DNA of 64,000 nucleotides from Azolla caroliniana (Eukaryota > Plantae > Polypodiophyta): the NCBI GenBank assembly GCA_043228905.1, contig JBHGNT010000021.1, positions 1,426,001-1,490,000 on the forward strand, written 5' to 3'. Positions within the stretch are counted from its first letter, which is position 1. Each line of letters starts with the position of its first letter. Both the position numbers and the translations under genes were made by a program. Below, one piece after another: positions 1 to 13,226 of this stretch. The notes beneath the pieces are model-generated. The model saw only the letters and a program-made list of their open reading frames with translations. It did no database searches and was not told where the DNA came from.

Positions 1-22
1 AGAGAGAGAGAGAGAGAGAGAG
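1..22. repeat. (AG)n microsatellite
   Basis: Pure AG run at the window start. Confidence 0.95.
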
Positions 23-191
23 TGCCTTTGTTTAAGAGACTAGACTGTGATCATCGCTAAATAACAGAACAGGGCGGGGCAGAAGAGAACAGAGCAGATC
101 AAAGTAAGAAAGAAGGAAGGAAAAGGGTATTTAGGGGATTTGACAAAACGAGCCACTTTTATTTATTGCCTATACGACCCTATAATTTCTT

Positions 192-506
192 GGGAAAAGT
201 ACCAGGATACCCCCCCTGGAAGTTCGTCTATTTACCAGAATGCCCCTGGAAGTTCCAAATTTACCAAACTACCCCTATGTCCAAAAAATAGACTTTATAA
301 AGTAATTATACACTCAAATCTACAAGCCCTATTTACCAAAGATGGAAGAAATGGACCCGAACTAACCCTATTTACCAAAGATTTGAGTGTATAATTACTT
401 TATAAAGTCTAATTTTTTGGACATAGGGGTAGTTTGGTAAATTTGGAGCTTCCAGGGGCATTCTGGTAAATAGACAAACTTCCAGGGGTATCCTGGTACT
501 TTTCCC
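192..506. mobile_element. Mutator-type MITE (foldback) with ~130 bp TIRs and 9-bp TSD
   Basis: GGGAAAAGTACCAGGATACC...ACACTCAAATCT (192-~320) is the near-perfect reverse complement of ~379-506. TAATTTCTT is duplicated at 183-191 and 507-515. A 9-bp TSD and G-starting long TIRs are typical of Mutator. Confidence 0.92.
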
Positions 507-3500
507 TAATTTCTTTACTTCTTGTAAAATGCTCCTCCACACCCTCCTCGACAGGAGAGTTCATTCCACTCTGAATGCGCATGTTCTTGTTCCGATTGTT
601 TGTCCTAATTTTCCTTGCGTATTCATTAGACAGGAATTTATTCGTGACTAGTTAGTCAATTGTAATGCCCTACCCTATTTTCTGCAATTGTGTGATGAGT
701 TTCTTCCTTATATTGGGGTTCGACTATGGACATTCGAGGGGAATAAAGAAAAATGTCAGAAGGGAGTTTTAGTGCAAACTTTTTTCCCTTTCAAGATTGT
801 TCTGTGATAGAACAAAGGAACTTAAGGGCATTCACGAAAATAAAGGTAAATGATGAACAAGGGTTTAACTATGCCCTGTCTCTTCCTTTTCTTTAGCTTC
901 AATTATGGGCATGTGGGAAACAATAGAAACTTAGGGGCATTCAAGGAAATAAAGAAAAATAAGAGAGGGGCATTCAAAAACGTTTCCATTTGTATACCAT
1001 GACATATTTGCAATTTCTCAAAACTTGTGAAAAGACAAAGTTTTTGTTGCCAATAAGGCACTCAATTATGCAAAGTTGAGAACAAATAAAATGTCGAGAA
1101 TTGTCCTTGCACATGTGAGCCTACAAATGCTCTATTATAGACGGCCAACTATAGACATCAGACAAGTGTCACATATCTTCATTACTTCAATGGGGCTAAT
1201 TGAGACAAAACATCAGAATGAGCAAACTCCAACTACATTCGCAATGTGCATTAAATTAATCAAATATATCCTCTTGCATTTTGGAACCATGATTAAAGTA
1301 CTTGTTAATGCAAATCCAAAAAATGGCAAAGCATTATTTTTCAACTAGTTGGACATAATGCCAAGGTGGTACGACATTACTAGTTATTGCATATTATGGA
1401 AAAGTAGGGTTTAGTGGACATAGATAAAGGTTTTATTATCATCTTCAAAGGTCAAATATAACCAATGAAACCAACATATAATGTTTTCACGTAAATATAA
1501 TGTGAATGTGAGTAGTGACCGTACATGTTCAAGAATGTTACGAGTTAATGTCACAATTAAGAGTACACGTTGTGAGTGTGAGAGAAATTAGTGCAAGGAT
1601 TGGATTGGGTCAAAGATGTGTGAAAAGCATAATCAAGTACGATCAAAGGTAGAGCACTATATCAATGTGTAACTACTAACATGCAAAATCCCGAACTTGT
1701 TTAAGGCAAAAATGTGCATAGTCGACTAATCCCGTCACATATGCCAAAGGTCATGTCTCACATTGACACAAGTATGGAATAACTTTTTTGGAAGCAATGG
1801 TTTGGATGGTTGATAATGTGATGGGCTCTAACACGTATCGATGCATGTGATCTGTCATACAATGAAGAATATGGTTTTGTACTTTGATGCAACATATATG
1901 GGATAGTGTATGAAGCAAGAACCTCCACATTTTCCCCATGTCTTGATACATTGGTGATATGTAGACTTCCGAACTTGTGTGCCCCAACATCTTGTGTACA
2001 TTGAGATGAGTATGAAATAATTAATATGGAACCGATTGTTTTGATGGTGGACACACAATGGGATCTAACATGTATCAATGCATGTAGTTTACTTGTTCGA
2101 CAAAGAGTAGTTAGATTCAACATATGTAATGTAACATATTAAGTGTGAGCCTTCATATTTCGTCCTTATCTCGATACATTTGCATTGTAAGAAGGCCTCC
2201 TTCACATAGGAATCCCTTAATGCATCACGAAGCAAATGTGTTGCATCCCATCTTTGAAAATAGTTTTTTAAATTTTGCATCAAACTAAAACACAAAAAAT
2301 TGCTTTTATGTGTCCATTGGATCTTTTTGCATAACTTGCCATGTGATTCTAGGAAATCTATATGGGGGACTTTTTTCTATCATTTGAGGGAACTTCAATG
2401 CTAAGGTATTTAAAGATTTCTAGAGTTTCAAGTTGCTCAATATTTATACATTTGAGAGAGAGAGAGAGAAATATATTAATGTCTTCTAAGACCAAATTTG
2501 GTCCATGAGACAATTGGTTACAACAAAATGGGATGTGTACCCAATCATGAGAAGGAGAGAGAGAATAACTAATAGTGCTACCTAATAAATTTCATCCATC
2601 TTACAAATATGACTTCTCACATTCTGCATGGGATCAATGTTCACTCTTGTAATGTCTAACAATTGTATGCATTATCTTACCTTATCTACGTGTCCCCCTT
2701 GAGCTTTGAGTAGGAATGCAATTTTGTAAATAAGGTCTTAGCTCAATGCATATAGAGTGAATTCAAGTAAGTAGGGTTCTTTGAGTTTGTTTAATGGATA
2801 AAAAGTATATTTTTGGGGAATAAGGCTGTATTAGTAATTCTATAATGATGTAGATGAAAGGTTTTCTATTGAATGTGACACATCTTTCGCTTGTATTGCA
2901 CAAACATAAGAGTTTTTTTAAGTAACATTCGGCATCATGAATTGATTTAGATGAGTTTAATTCCTATTGCTTCAAAGTGTCTTTCAATGGGGTCATAACA
3001 AAAACATAAGAGTTTTTTTTATGTTATGTTCGATACGAAGAATTGATCTTGTCCTTTGAAGTGTCTTCAATGGGGTTCCAACAATACCCAAAGCTTAAAA
3101 TAAGTCATATCATCTTTTCAATGCCCATAACGCCAATGCTCTTGTGAAAATAATTTATTGAAGCATTGTGCTATGTGGAAAATATTTTCGATTTTCGATT
3201 TTCCTCCCGTATATGAACTTGATCTCCTGAATGATACTTCTCTTTCTCCCAATGTTATGCTCTTGTAGATATAATTGATTGAATTGTCATGACATGGAAA
3301 TAATTCTGTTTTCGAACTTTATTTCCTTTGTTTGAAGACAAATACTCATTAATATTACTTACAACTATCTGCCGATATTTCAAGCCAAATGCTTTGCAAG
3401 GAAGTAAAAGAAGCTTTTTTATATGATACATAGGCAAAAAGTCTTTGTGCTGCAGACCACAGAATAAATCCAATAAAGCTGGAAAAAAGGAATACTACAT

Positions 3501-3590
3501 CCCTCTCTTCTATATATCCATAAAGATTTTGAGAAGAGATAAGAGGTAGGAGAGAGGGCGAGAGAGAGATCATTACAAGGCAGAGTTTTT

Positions 3591-6500
3591 TTACATGCGA
3601 CTTGAATCACGACCGAAAACAAAGCGTTTTGTCCAGTCGAATATCACCAATGCCCGAGTTCTCCAACTAACTTGCTTACTATACAAAAACACATTTTTTT
3701 GAAATTTGAGTGTGTTTATTATGTAAAAGAAAACAGAAGCACAAGATAGAAACGAAGCATATCTGTAAATCAGTGGGAAACAATTTGATCAAATGAAGCC
3801 TCAAATTTTTTCTTTTGCAGATATGATGCTGGATCAAATGATCAATCATCGAATAATTTAATTGTACAAAAATGAATACCTTGCATACACAGAATACCAA
3901 AGCCATTGTGTGCTTCTGCCAAGAGAGACCCAATCACCAGGCAACTCTGCGGCCGCCTGTTCTCCACCAAGGGGAGCAAATTGCCCAAGATGCTTGTATC
4001 TATCATATGAAAAATCAAACAAAAAACAGATGCTTTATTATACCTTCTTTCACTCTTTTTAGAGGTGCTTTTCATGTTCCCTGTTTTTTTCAAGCCATGA
4101 ATATAATAAATATATATGTAAAGAATGGTGTTTCTTTTACTCAAAAGGACGAAATAGATGCCGCCCTTCTCCTCTCACACGGAGGGGACCCTCGGGTTTA
4201 ACTTCACATTCTTTTCTCCGGTTGAAGCATTTGGCCAGATATTCGCCTTGTTGGGCAGCTACCTAACACATAATCAGGCATCAAGGAAGTACTAAATTTT
4301 CAAAGATGAAAATTCAACCAACATTCAAGACTACAAAAACATATTACATTTTTCAGGTGAAAACAACATTCTAGGTGAAATACTGCTCTTGTTATTCATA
4401 ACCTTGATACAAATCATTCTTGTTTTTTCCAATATTTGGCAAAAAAAAGGCAACGAAAAAGAGGTTATAAATGATGCTTCAAAAGACCTGGGCTGTTGCT
4501 GGAAGGGCTTTCATCTGTGAATCCACCTTCACTAGAGATTTCTTGAATTCCTCAATATCCAGAAGGACCTCACTTTTATCGTCACTACCACTATTATTAT
4601 CGATGATCCGTAGCACATCCTTCATGTGCTGACGTTGCAAATATATATCGATTTGCGGATATCTGCTTCTTAACAATTCAATCGCATCTCTGAACTCTTT
4701 GGCGGTTAGCGTACCTGAATTATCGACATCTGCCAGCTTAAAAATGAAGGCTACATCCTCCTGCACCAATCAATAGTATGTTTCAGACATTGTTATGCAT
4801 GAAAATACAAATATACCTCCCGAAGTAGTCACATTAAAAGGAATATTTTAGCTTGTTGCATTAGGATTGCTTGTTAAACTGAGTCATAGATATAGACATA
4901 TATGCTCTTATACACAACTAAGACCTTGGATCTAGATATTTAAAAAACAAATATAGAGTTCAACTTGAAAAAAAGAACGTATCATAGAAAGGGGAGATAT
5001 ACAGTGACAAAAAAGGAAGGAATATGAAAAACATGCACAGAAAAAAGGTAAAAAGGGAAATCGTGCAAAGAAATAGTTTTCTTTTGTAATACATTACGTC
5101 AAACGACATGCACAAGCTATGGGTTCTAATGCCGCTAGATCAACCAGGACAAATACCGAAAGATTGAACAATAGGTCTCCAAGTTATATTTATACTAACA
5201 ACGCCTCCGGGTTTTCTTTTGTAATACATTACGTCAAATGACATGCAGAAGCTATGGGTTCTAATGTTGCTAGATCAACCAGGACAAATACCAAAAGATT
5301 AAACAAGAGGTCTCCAAGTTATATTTATACATACTAACAACGCCAATAAGTGTTTTCCAATTAATAAAACCCTCATAACAAATGCAATACACCCCTTAAG
5401 CCTCTAAAAATGTCTCAAAGAGGTTATAGAAGCAAACCAAAAGTTTTCGTTGTTCAATGGTAGCACAATCACCAAGTGCATATGCATTATCACATCCCTT
5501 AATGCGAAGCCATTCATCAGTAGCCAAAACGCGCCGATCATCCTGCATCATTATTTTTCAAATGTGATATTCAGTTCTCTTGTATAAAAGAATTTGTGTA
5601 AGATAAAAAGAATGAATATCAGAACATGGCCATGAATATCATTAAATTACATCATAACACAATATATTTTTGACCTGTCCAATTTGTGTCATAAAATTCG
5701 CTATGAGTGGACGTGTTCCGATACCCGTAGACCATATTGCCATGCCATAAGGAACCTCCACTGTTTTGCCTGATTTTTTCTCTTTTGTCACGATCACATT
5801 TTTCTGAACAGCCAAAACCCTGCAGCCTGTTCTTACATCAATTCCATCTCTCTGAAACTTCTTCTCTGCAAAGTCACTGATGCGAACATCAAACCTGAAA
5901 AACCAAACAAAACTTTAAATACAGTATGTAGCAACGAGATATATACAGTATATACTGGATGCTACATATATTGCATAGTTTTCTAATAGAAGCAAAGCTG
6001 TGAAATACCCCTGAGTTTTTCTTTATTTTCTCAAATGCCCATAAGTTTTCTTTATTTCCCCAAAAGGAATAAATGATTGACAGAAATTTCTAAGTCTGTA
6101 ATCCTAATACAACTCACATATTCAAAATATGATCACCAGATTGAATGACAACAATGTTGACAAAGGGCATAAGGTTTGGGTATAGCTTGCATAAATCTTC
6201 ATATATTAGATCATGAAGCTCTGCTGCAAATTCTACTCCTGTTGGGCCACCTCCAATGATCACAAACTGCAATAATTGTCTCCGCTCATCTTCAGATACG
6301 AAAGGAAGTGCCGCTAGCTCAAAAAAATCCATTATACTTTCACGTATCCTTTCTGCATCTTCAATTTCTTTCAGGAAATGGCAATAGGCTTCTACTCCAG
6401 GAGTATTGAATGTGTTTGGTTGAGCTCCTACAGCAACAATAAGGTAATCATAATTAATTTCGAATTCAGTTTTTCCTATCTCAACCTGGTTAGCGACCGG

Positions 6501-8644
6501 TCTGCATAAGACTTTTCTGTTCACAGCATCAATGCTGATACAATTTGCTTGAGAAAACTTTATGTTCTGCCTCTGCATATTAGGAAAAAAAATAAAATGA
6601 TTACAATCCTAAAGACAACGTGTTTGTGGTATGAGAGAGTGATTCAATTGCATAAAGATAAAGAAGCCTTACATTTTCTGTGATCCTGCGGATTGGCTCT
6701 GTTATGCTTCTTGCCTCAACTGTCCCAGCAGTTACACTAGGTAATAGTGGTGTGAAAACAAAAAAGTTCCGAGGTGAAATGACATGTACATCGTAAAGAT
6801 TGGTGTCCAAGGTTTTCAAAAAGCTTATGCCAGCCCATCCTGAACCCAGTACCACAATCTTCTTCTTTGTTTCCTCTGACTTTGAATTATTGTCAAGTCT
6901 ATCTTGCCCAACTTCTGCAAATATAACTGATGAACCTCCTAGAATGCCACTGTTAAACGAACAGATTTATGTCAATGCCACATCGGCACGCATCTGGACT
7001 TACAAATAATCAGAGAAATGAAACGCAACGAAATGTTATACTGAAGGCCAAACTTATCTATAAGGAAAAAAGTCAAATACATGTGAATCTCATAGAATTT
7101 CTAGTAAATCAAAGAATGTTTTTAATTGTATCTAACCTAGGTAGCTAGCCTTATATAGCTGGAAGGCTTTGACCAAAGTACTGGTCACCAATCTATAAAA
7201 TAAAACCATGGGATACAATGTATAAAAAAAATGGACTTCAATAGGTACAGAAAGGAAGATCAGCACAGGAACACACTCATAAGATAATACAGCATGTCAT
7301 CAACGTCCTGCAAGCGGAACTAATGCATGGGCGGTTATCCTCGATCTCATGAAATGATACCAGGTATCCTCCCATGTAGGTGATATCTACTATGCAACGA
7401 TCCATGTATCCCGCTTGATGGAGAATTCTACTATGCGATGATCCATTACCCATGAGTGTTTGAAGCAAAACTGTAGTGCTCCAATCGAGAGGCATAATGA
7501 ATGATTGAGAGAAAGATATCTTAACATCTCCAAAAGACCAAAGTGCATTGTCATTGAGACACAACAAGATACAATTGAACATATCGTCTCTCTTCTATTA
7601 ATCCAAGAAAAACAAAAAACGAAAGAAATGATATGTGTGTCCCTAAGTATGCTTTCTACTGTATGTACTTAGATTTTTATGAGAGTCGAATAAGGAGAAG
7701 GTGTCTACTTGATGAAATTGATTATCTTCAAGAATATCCATAGCAGGCTGATCCAAGAATCCAGCCATATGGTTTCATTAGGTAGTGTGACGTGTCCAAT
7801 CACAATAGTCTTCTGATTGTCAAGACATGGGATCTCAACTTTTAAAAGTGATACAATGGTCAGATAAATCATATAATGTGTTTGCAAATGTGAACCAGAC
7901 CATGGATGAACATGTTATATAAGAATGCTAGCCATGTTTTTCATTGGATCTATTTGATGTTCTCTCACTCGATTGTCTCAAGAATAGGTCAGACCATGGG
8001 TGAACATGTTATAGGAATGCTAACCATGTTTTTGATCTGACATCTTCCATGTTCTCTCACTCTATTGTCTCAAGATATAAAACAGAGTACATAAGTCCTC
8101 AATTTGGCATGAAATAAAAATCCATGGATCTCCTAACAAATACAATTATATATTTTCAATTTGGAAAGAGATCAAATCATGGATCTTATGACTTAGATAT
8201 AGAACCAAAATACATACATACATTCTCGATTTGGCTAAATACATACAAATTTAATTTTCATACATTCTAAAGGAACAAAAATCACTTTGGAAAAACACGT
8301 GCAGTTTCAAGATACAGAACAAGAATACGAACACATTTTCAATAGGGGAAAGATTTCCATTTTCAAACGTTTCCAAGATACATAACAAGAATGGATACAA
8401 TTACAAACTTGGTAAAAGAGATGGGAGAGAAAGAAATAAGGAGGCGGCGAAACCTGGCAGCAATAACAGCGACGAAGAAAGGAGACCAATTCCGTTCATT
8501 GTTTGTTCGTGAAAGGTGAGCGATAAACCGGCAAGACGATTTCATAATCGGGGCCTTGTTGTTGTAGCCATAGCCAATGTTCCTTCCTAAGAAGGAGGCG
8601 GGAGGAAGACATGATTTGGAACAGATTCGGAGGGTGGAAAGCAT
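3591..8644 (-). CDS. NDB1: External alternative (type II) NAD(P)H:ubiquinone oxidoreductase, NDB1 type, 9 coding exons (approx. 8644-8454, 6949-6673, 6573-6118, 5894-5675, 5542-5438, 4760-4488, 4263-4140, 3999-3881, 3678-3591)
   Basis: VVLGSGWAG and [15 protein letters not shown] Rossmann motifs, [16 protein letters not shown]-hand [41 protein letters not shown] and C-terminus [12 protein letters not shown] junctions keep frame where checked. Start ATG is inferred. Confidence 0.93.
5076..5344. repeat. Tandem duplication of ~135 bp in NDB intron
   Basis: GTTTTCTTTTGTAATACATTACGTCAAA...ACTAACAACGCC occurs at ~5076-5205 and ~5211-5344 with a few mismatches. Confidence 0.9.
7896..8076. repeat. 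Diverged tandem duplication, ~95 bp unit
   Basis: CAGACCATGG(A/G)TGAACATGTTAT...ATTGTCTCAAGA occurs twice. Confidence 0.8.
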
Positions 8645-8875
8645 GACGCGAGGATGAAAAGGGCTCAGGGGAAGAATCAATGGAAAGCTTGTAGAAAACA
8701 GAGGAAAAATCCTAGAAAAGAAATCAAAAAGAGAGAGAGAGGGGGGGGGGAGACAGATAGATGGTGAGAATGTATTGAGTAAAATTGGTTGAGACCATTA
8801 TGTTACGCCATCAAAACCAAATCAAAAGAGCAGAGCAAAACAGAAAGTAAAACACTGGGTGGGGGTGATGGGGCT

Positions 8876-8990
8876 TCTTTCTTCTTTCTTTTTGCTTTTT
8901 GCTTTTTGCTTTCTGCTTTCTGCTTTCTGCTTTTTGCTTTTTGCTTTTTGCTTCTTTCTTCTTCCTTCCTTCCTTCCTTCCTTCCTTCAT
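8876..8990. repeat. Pyrimidine-rich simple repeats (TTTTGC)n/(CTTC)n upstream of NDB
   Basis: Directly visible; explains the spurious ORFs 8789-9223 and 8803-9012. Confidence 0.85.
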
Positions 8991-10183
8991 TCATAAATTC
9001 ATTCATCCCCAAGCATTATAGAATAGGAAGGTCTCGGCTTCGCCGAGGTCGCCATGGGGGTGGCGGGGGCCTATTCTCTCAGAATTCCGGTCTATGTATC
9101 GCCCGCACCTTCTCCTATCTCGTCCCGTTTTTTTTTATCGTACTTCGTCCCGTCCTATTCCATAGTGTCGTGCCTTCCCCGCCCCTTCGGGTTATGCATT
9201 CCCCCAATCCTGTCATGTTGTGATCGTGTGCCAACAAATCCACACCATCGTAGGCCGTCATCATTGGTTGTGGCGAATGAACGAGACTTGTCTTGGAAAA
9301 GGGATATTCTGCATAAAGATTACCCTTTTTCTCGACATTTGCCTATTTCTCTTTAAAGACAATCTTTTTGCCATCGTTTTCGATAATAAAATGTTTGAGT
9401 ATTAGACTCTAGGCATGTGTTTGTGTTGTATTAGGACTTTACACGACTTTTTAAATAAAAGTGTATTCCATTAGGAACTCGAAGTTGTTGTATTTTGACT
9501 CACTACCTATGAATTCACATTCACGTGGCACACTCACACTCGATCCATGAGAGATTGAGTGTAGAGAAATTGTATTTCACGCTAGTGGGCATAGGAATAG
9601 AATCCATGAATGTGTCAAGAATGTCATATAATGATCTCCATCCATGGGGGATTGACAAATATATATATCAATGATCACGTCCATGTTAGACCAAATGTCG
9701 ACCTCATGTAGACATATATATTTGTAAGTATGTGCTTGGAGTATGCGAAGTTGGATGTTTACCTTGTCAAGCTAGTTAATGAGGCCGAATGCCTCATATT
9801 AGGTGTGTTACATCCATTGACTTGACTATACGTCAAATGTATGACTTGTCCAACTAGCTAATAAGGCGAAACACCTCAAGTTGAGTATGCTACAAGTATG
9901 AAAGTATTTTCGTAAGCATGATATTGTAGTCGTACCAATAGTTCACATAGGTCATGACTATGTTTGAGTGGACTTGGATACAATTTGAAAATGTTTAGAC
10001 ACGATGATTTTACTTGGGACAATTGATTATCTTAAAATACATAGTCAAATTGGGGAATTATTGGTTAGTTATCGAGTTATGCATGTTACTACGACCAAGG
10101 TTTATTTAGTCCATTGACGTCCATGTATGAATTGCAATATGATCACATATATGGGTAACATTAGAAAATAATAACTTTGTGGT

Positions 10184-10575
10184 TAACAATCGGCAACAGT
10201 TCAGTTCGGTTTGAGAGGGTCAAAACCGAACCAGGTTGGAACCAAATCGTTAAAATTTTTTGAAACCTAAACCGAACCATGAAACCGTTAAACCGCGGAT
10301 TCGGTTTTCAACTTGGGTCAAAATTTAAATTTTAAAATTTTAAAGATGTTCCTAAAATGTGAGAATAAGGTCTAAAAATGAAAAGATTGTTTAAAATAAA
10401 ATAAAGGATTGTTTAAAAATTTTAAAAATAAAATCAAATAAAACCGTTAAACCATTTAAATCGCGGTTTCTAAATGTTGAAACTGAACCGGACCATTTAA
10501 ATAAACTTGAACTTGAACCGAAACATTTAAACTATTAAGCCGTGGTTTCATGAACCGAACCGTTGCCGATTGTTA
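10184..10575. mobile_element. hAT-type MITE, copy 1
   Basis: TIR TAACAATCGGCAAC / GTTGCCGATTGTTA. 8-bp TSD TTTGTGGT/TCTGTGGT (1 mismatch). AAACCG-rich subterminal motifs. An inverted second copy lies at 37948-38350. Confidence 0.88.
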
Positions 10576-12841
10576 TCTGTGGTGTTGTAAATATCATTCA
10601 TGAGCATCAATGTTTTTTGAAAAATGCTAGATGCAATACTCATCACGAACTGAAATTTTGGGAGTATTATTTGTATGTCCTTGAGTTTGGGAATAATAGT
10701 CCTTGCCATGTTTTTATGAGATTCATTCCATCTCATGTTTATACGATTTTTGTTTCACATCACGTTGGACTATAGCCCATTAATCAGCGAAGAATGAACT
10801 ATAGTGCTTATTTCAAGTTTCAATAATTGATGGAAGAACCCATAGGTTGGTTTCCCGAGTCACACATCGCAATATACCGAGCTTCTAGTTCGGGGTTCAA
10901 CGATTTGCAATGTAACTTTTACGTGTTGTTAACTGCTTCATCCACAATTGGGTAAGTGTATCTTAGTTGGGACTCATAAAAGGTAATAATCTTACCAATG
11001 GGATCATTTAAGAAGTTTGTACTCTTCAAAAAATATTAAATTGACATAGATACTATGGATACTTTTTAAGTGGAGGGGATTCAAAAAAGTAACAGGATTT
11101 CATTATCTCATGATTGTAGGTAGCAATAGGGTTGAAAATATAAGAATTTCTTTGTGTTGTTACTTTCCTTGATAAGTATTCAAGCACATAAACCTTTTTG
11201 TCAAGGGGTGGGGAGTTAATGCAAGGAATAACGTAGTTTGCATAGGCGAACCATGACACACTATACATGTGTATGAAAATGAGCAACTCATGTGGGAACA
11301 CTTGAAATAAATGTAGAGTAGATTTATATATTGGATGGTTAGGAGGAAAATTAGGGTTGTGTAAAGGTCAGTATTGAGTCCATAGGGGTTGTGTTCCACT
11401 TAGTGGGCTAATCGAGGGATTGGGGGAAGTCACTTCCAATGGCAAAGACAATGGCATAAGCACATAGAATCACTTGTCTCTCCACTCTATGTAGTTGTAG
11501 AAGCCTCGAGGCTTATTAAGATAAACTAAAATCATCACACTCGTAATCACTACATCAATTAAGAAATGAGTTTGTCTTAATTAAATAGATAATTATTGCT
11601 ACATATGTGTTGTCATAGTTGAATAGATGATTGCTATATAAAATACATGCATACCTCAAAAAATATACATAGATGAAAGTGACTCTCAGTGGATCCAAAT
11701 GGGAGAGAATGACATCCAAAAATATAGTCTCAAACGCCTTTTTTAGCGTGATGGGTTGCTTTCACATTACAAGTCCACTAAACATTAACCACTGGTACCT
11801 TATCAAGGGTAAGCTCTCTACAAATTACAATATGACCATGTTTCTTATATATAGTTGGTGTATGACTGGATTGGAAATGTTAAACCATATAGGGTCGTAA
11901 AGCTAAAGAAAAATAACATTATTTCCCTTAACGTCATTGTTGCTCAAATATCAATTCTAATTGAGACAATGAATCAAATGCTTTGTCTTTGAGATAACTG
12001 CAACACGATACATATGACGAACGAGTTGCTATTACTCTCTCTCTCTCTCTCTCTCTAGTGAAAACACACAATTATATTAATAAATGTGTGTAAAAAAGAC
12101 TACTTGCAGTAGGTGTGAGTCGTGACAATGGAGTATGGTCACCCACTAAGTACACTACATGGGTTGTGGAACATGTTGAATTGCCAATAGGCAAGACAAA
12201 CACTACACTAAGGAAAGAACTTCTACTTGCTCCAATAAAGAAATTTGCCACATTAGTACTCCCTTCAACTTTCGTAGATTCTCTCTCTCTCATCACACAC
12301 CCTAGGTATTGCAGTTGCATTATGGAATCAAAATCAGCCAATAATGAAGGCATGTAAGGTACGCAAGGAAGGGCTAGTCGAGGATGAGTATCACTTGCTT
12401 TTTACATGCTCTGCAATGGTCCATTGTATGAAAGCTATGGTGATATATTAAGAGGGGATGATATTTTGAGTGTCACACCAAAGATAATACCTATAAATTT
12501 GAACTCATTTGTGTATGCCTTATTCACAAATTGAGATTTGGTGCTTGAAACTTCAATGCATGAATATTCCTTCTTAGGAAGGAGGCACACATCAAGATAA
12601 ACTTTTGTACTAAGGAGTCTAGACCCATGGGTCAATATTGGCCTCTCTATGGGCGCTGAAAATATCTATCTATCTATCTATCTCTAAAAAACGAGACACC
12701 ATTTTAAGATGTAATCTCAAGTTTGGTCCTATAGGTTATTTTGGCCTCTTAAAACACGTAAGTATATATGTATGTCTCTTTTTCTTCTCTTTCATGGGCC
12801 AACTTTGGTCTTAGAAGAGGTTAATGTATCTTTCTTTGTTT

Positions 12842-12874
<33 letters not shown>

Positions 12875-13226
12875 GCTTGGTGATTTACACTATAACATTA
12901 AAAGTCATAAAATTGAATAGAACCAAGTTTAATCCTTGCCCTGGGCAATGCCCCAGGTCATAGATCACAATTGATCTTCCATGGACATTAAAACTAAATC
13001 TCTCTCTCTCTCTCTCAATCAATTCCATAAACTTACCGACGTGTATACATTTGTAGGCAGATTTGGAGATAAAAGGTAAAAGTTGAGGGGCAAATTTGGA
13101 GATAATGAAAACTTGAGGGGCAATTTTGGAAATAAAGAAAAGCTATATTCTGAACTTGAAGTATCTCTCTGTTTCCGTTTCTCTGTATCAGAGAGAGTAG
13201 ACTTTTGTGTGTGCAGCACAGAAACC

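Noticed and set aside
1750-2400. Possible transposase remnant (HCV..H-like motif)
   Set aside because: Too decayed to assign by eye.
7290-7890. Possible LINE fragment in NDB intron 1
   Set aside because: No recognisable RT motif or tail; left uncalled.
8789-9356. ORFs of 144 and 100 aa
   Set aside because: Derived from simple repeats and promoter sequence; no domain.
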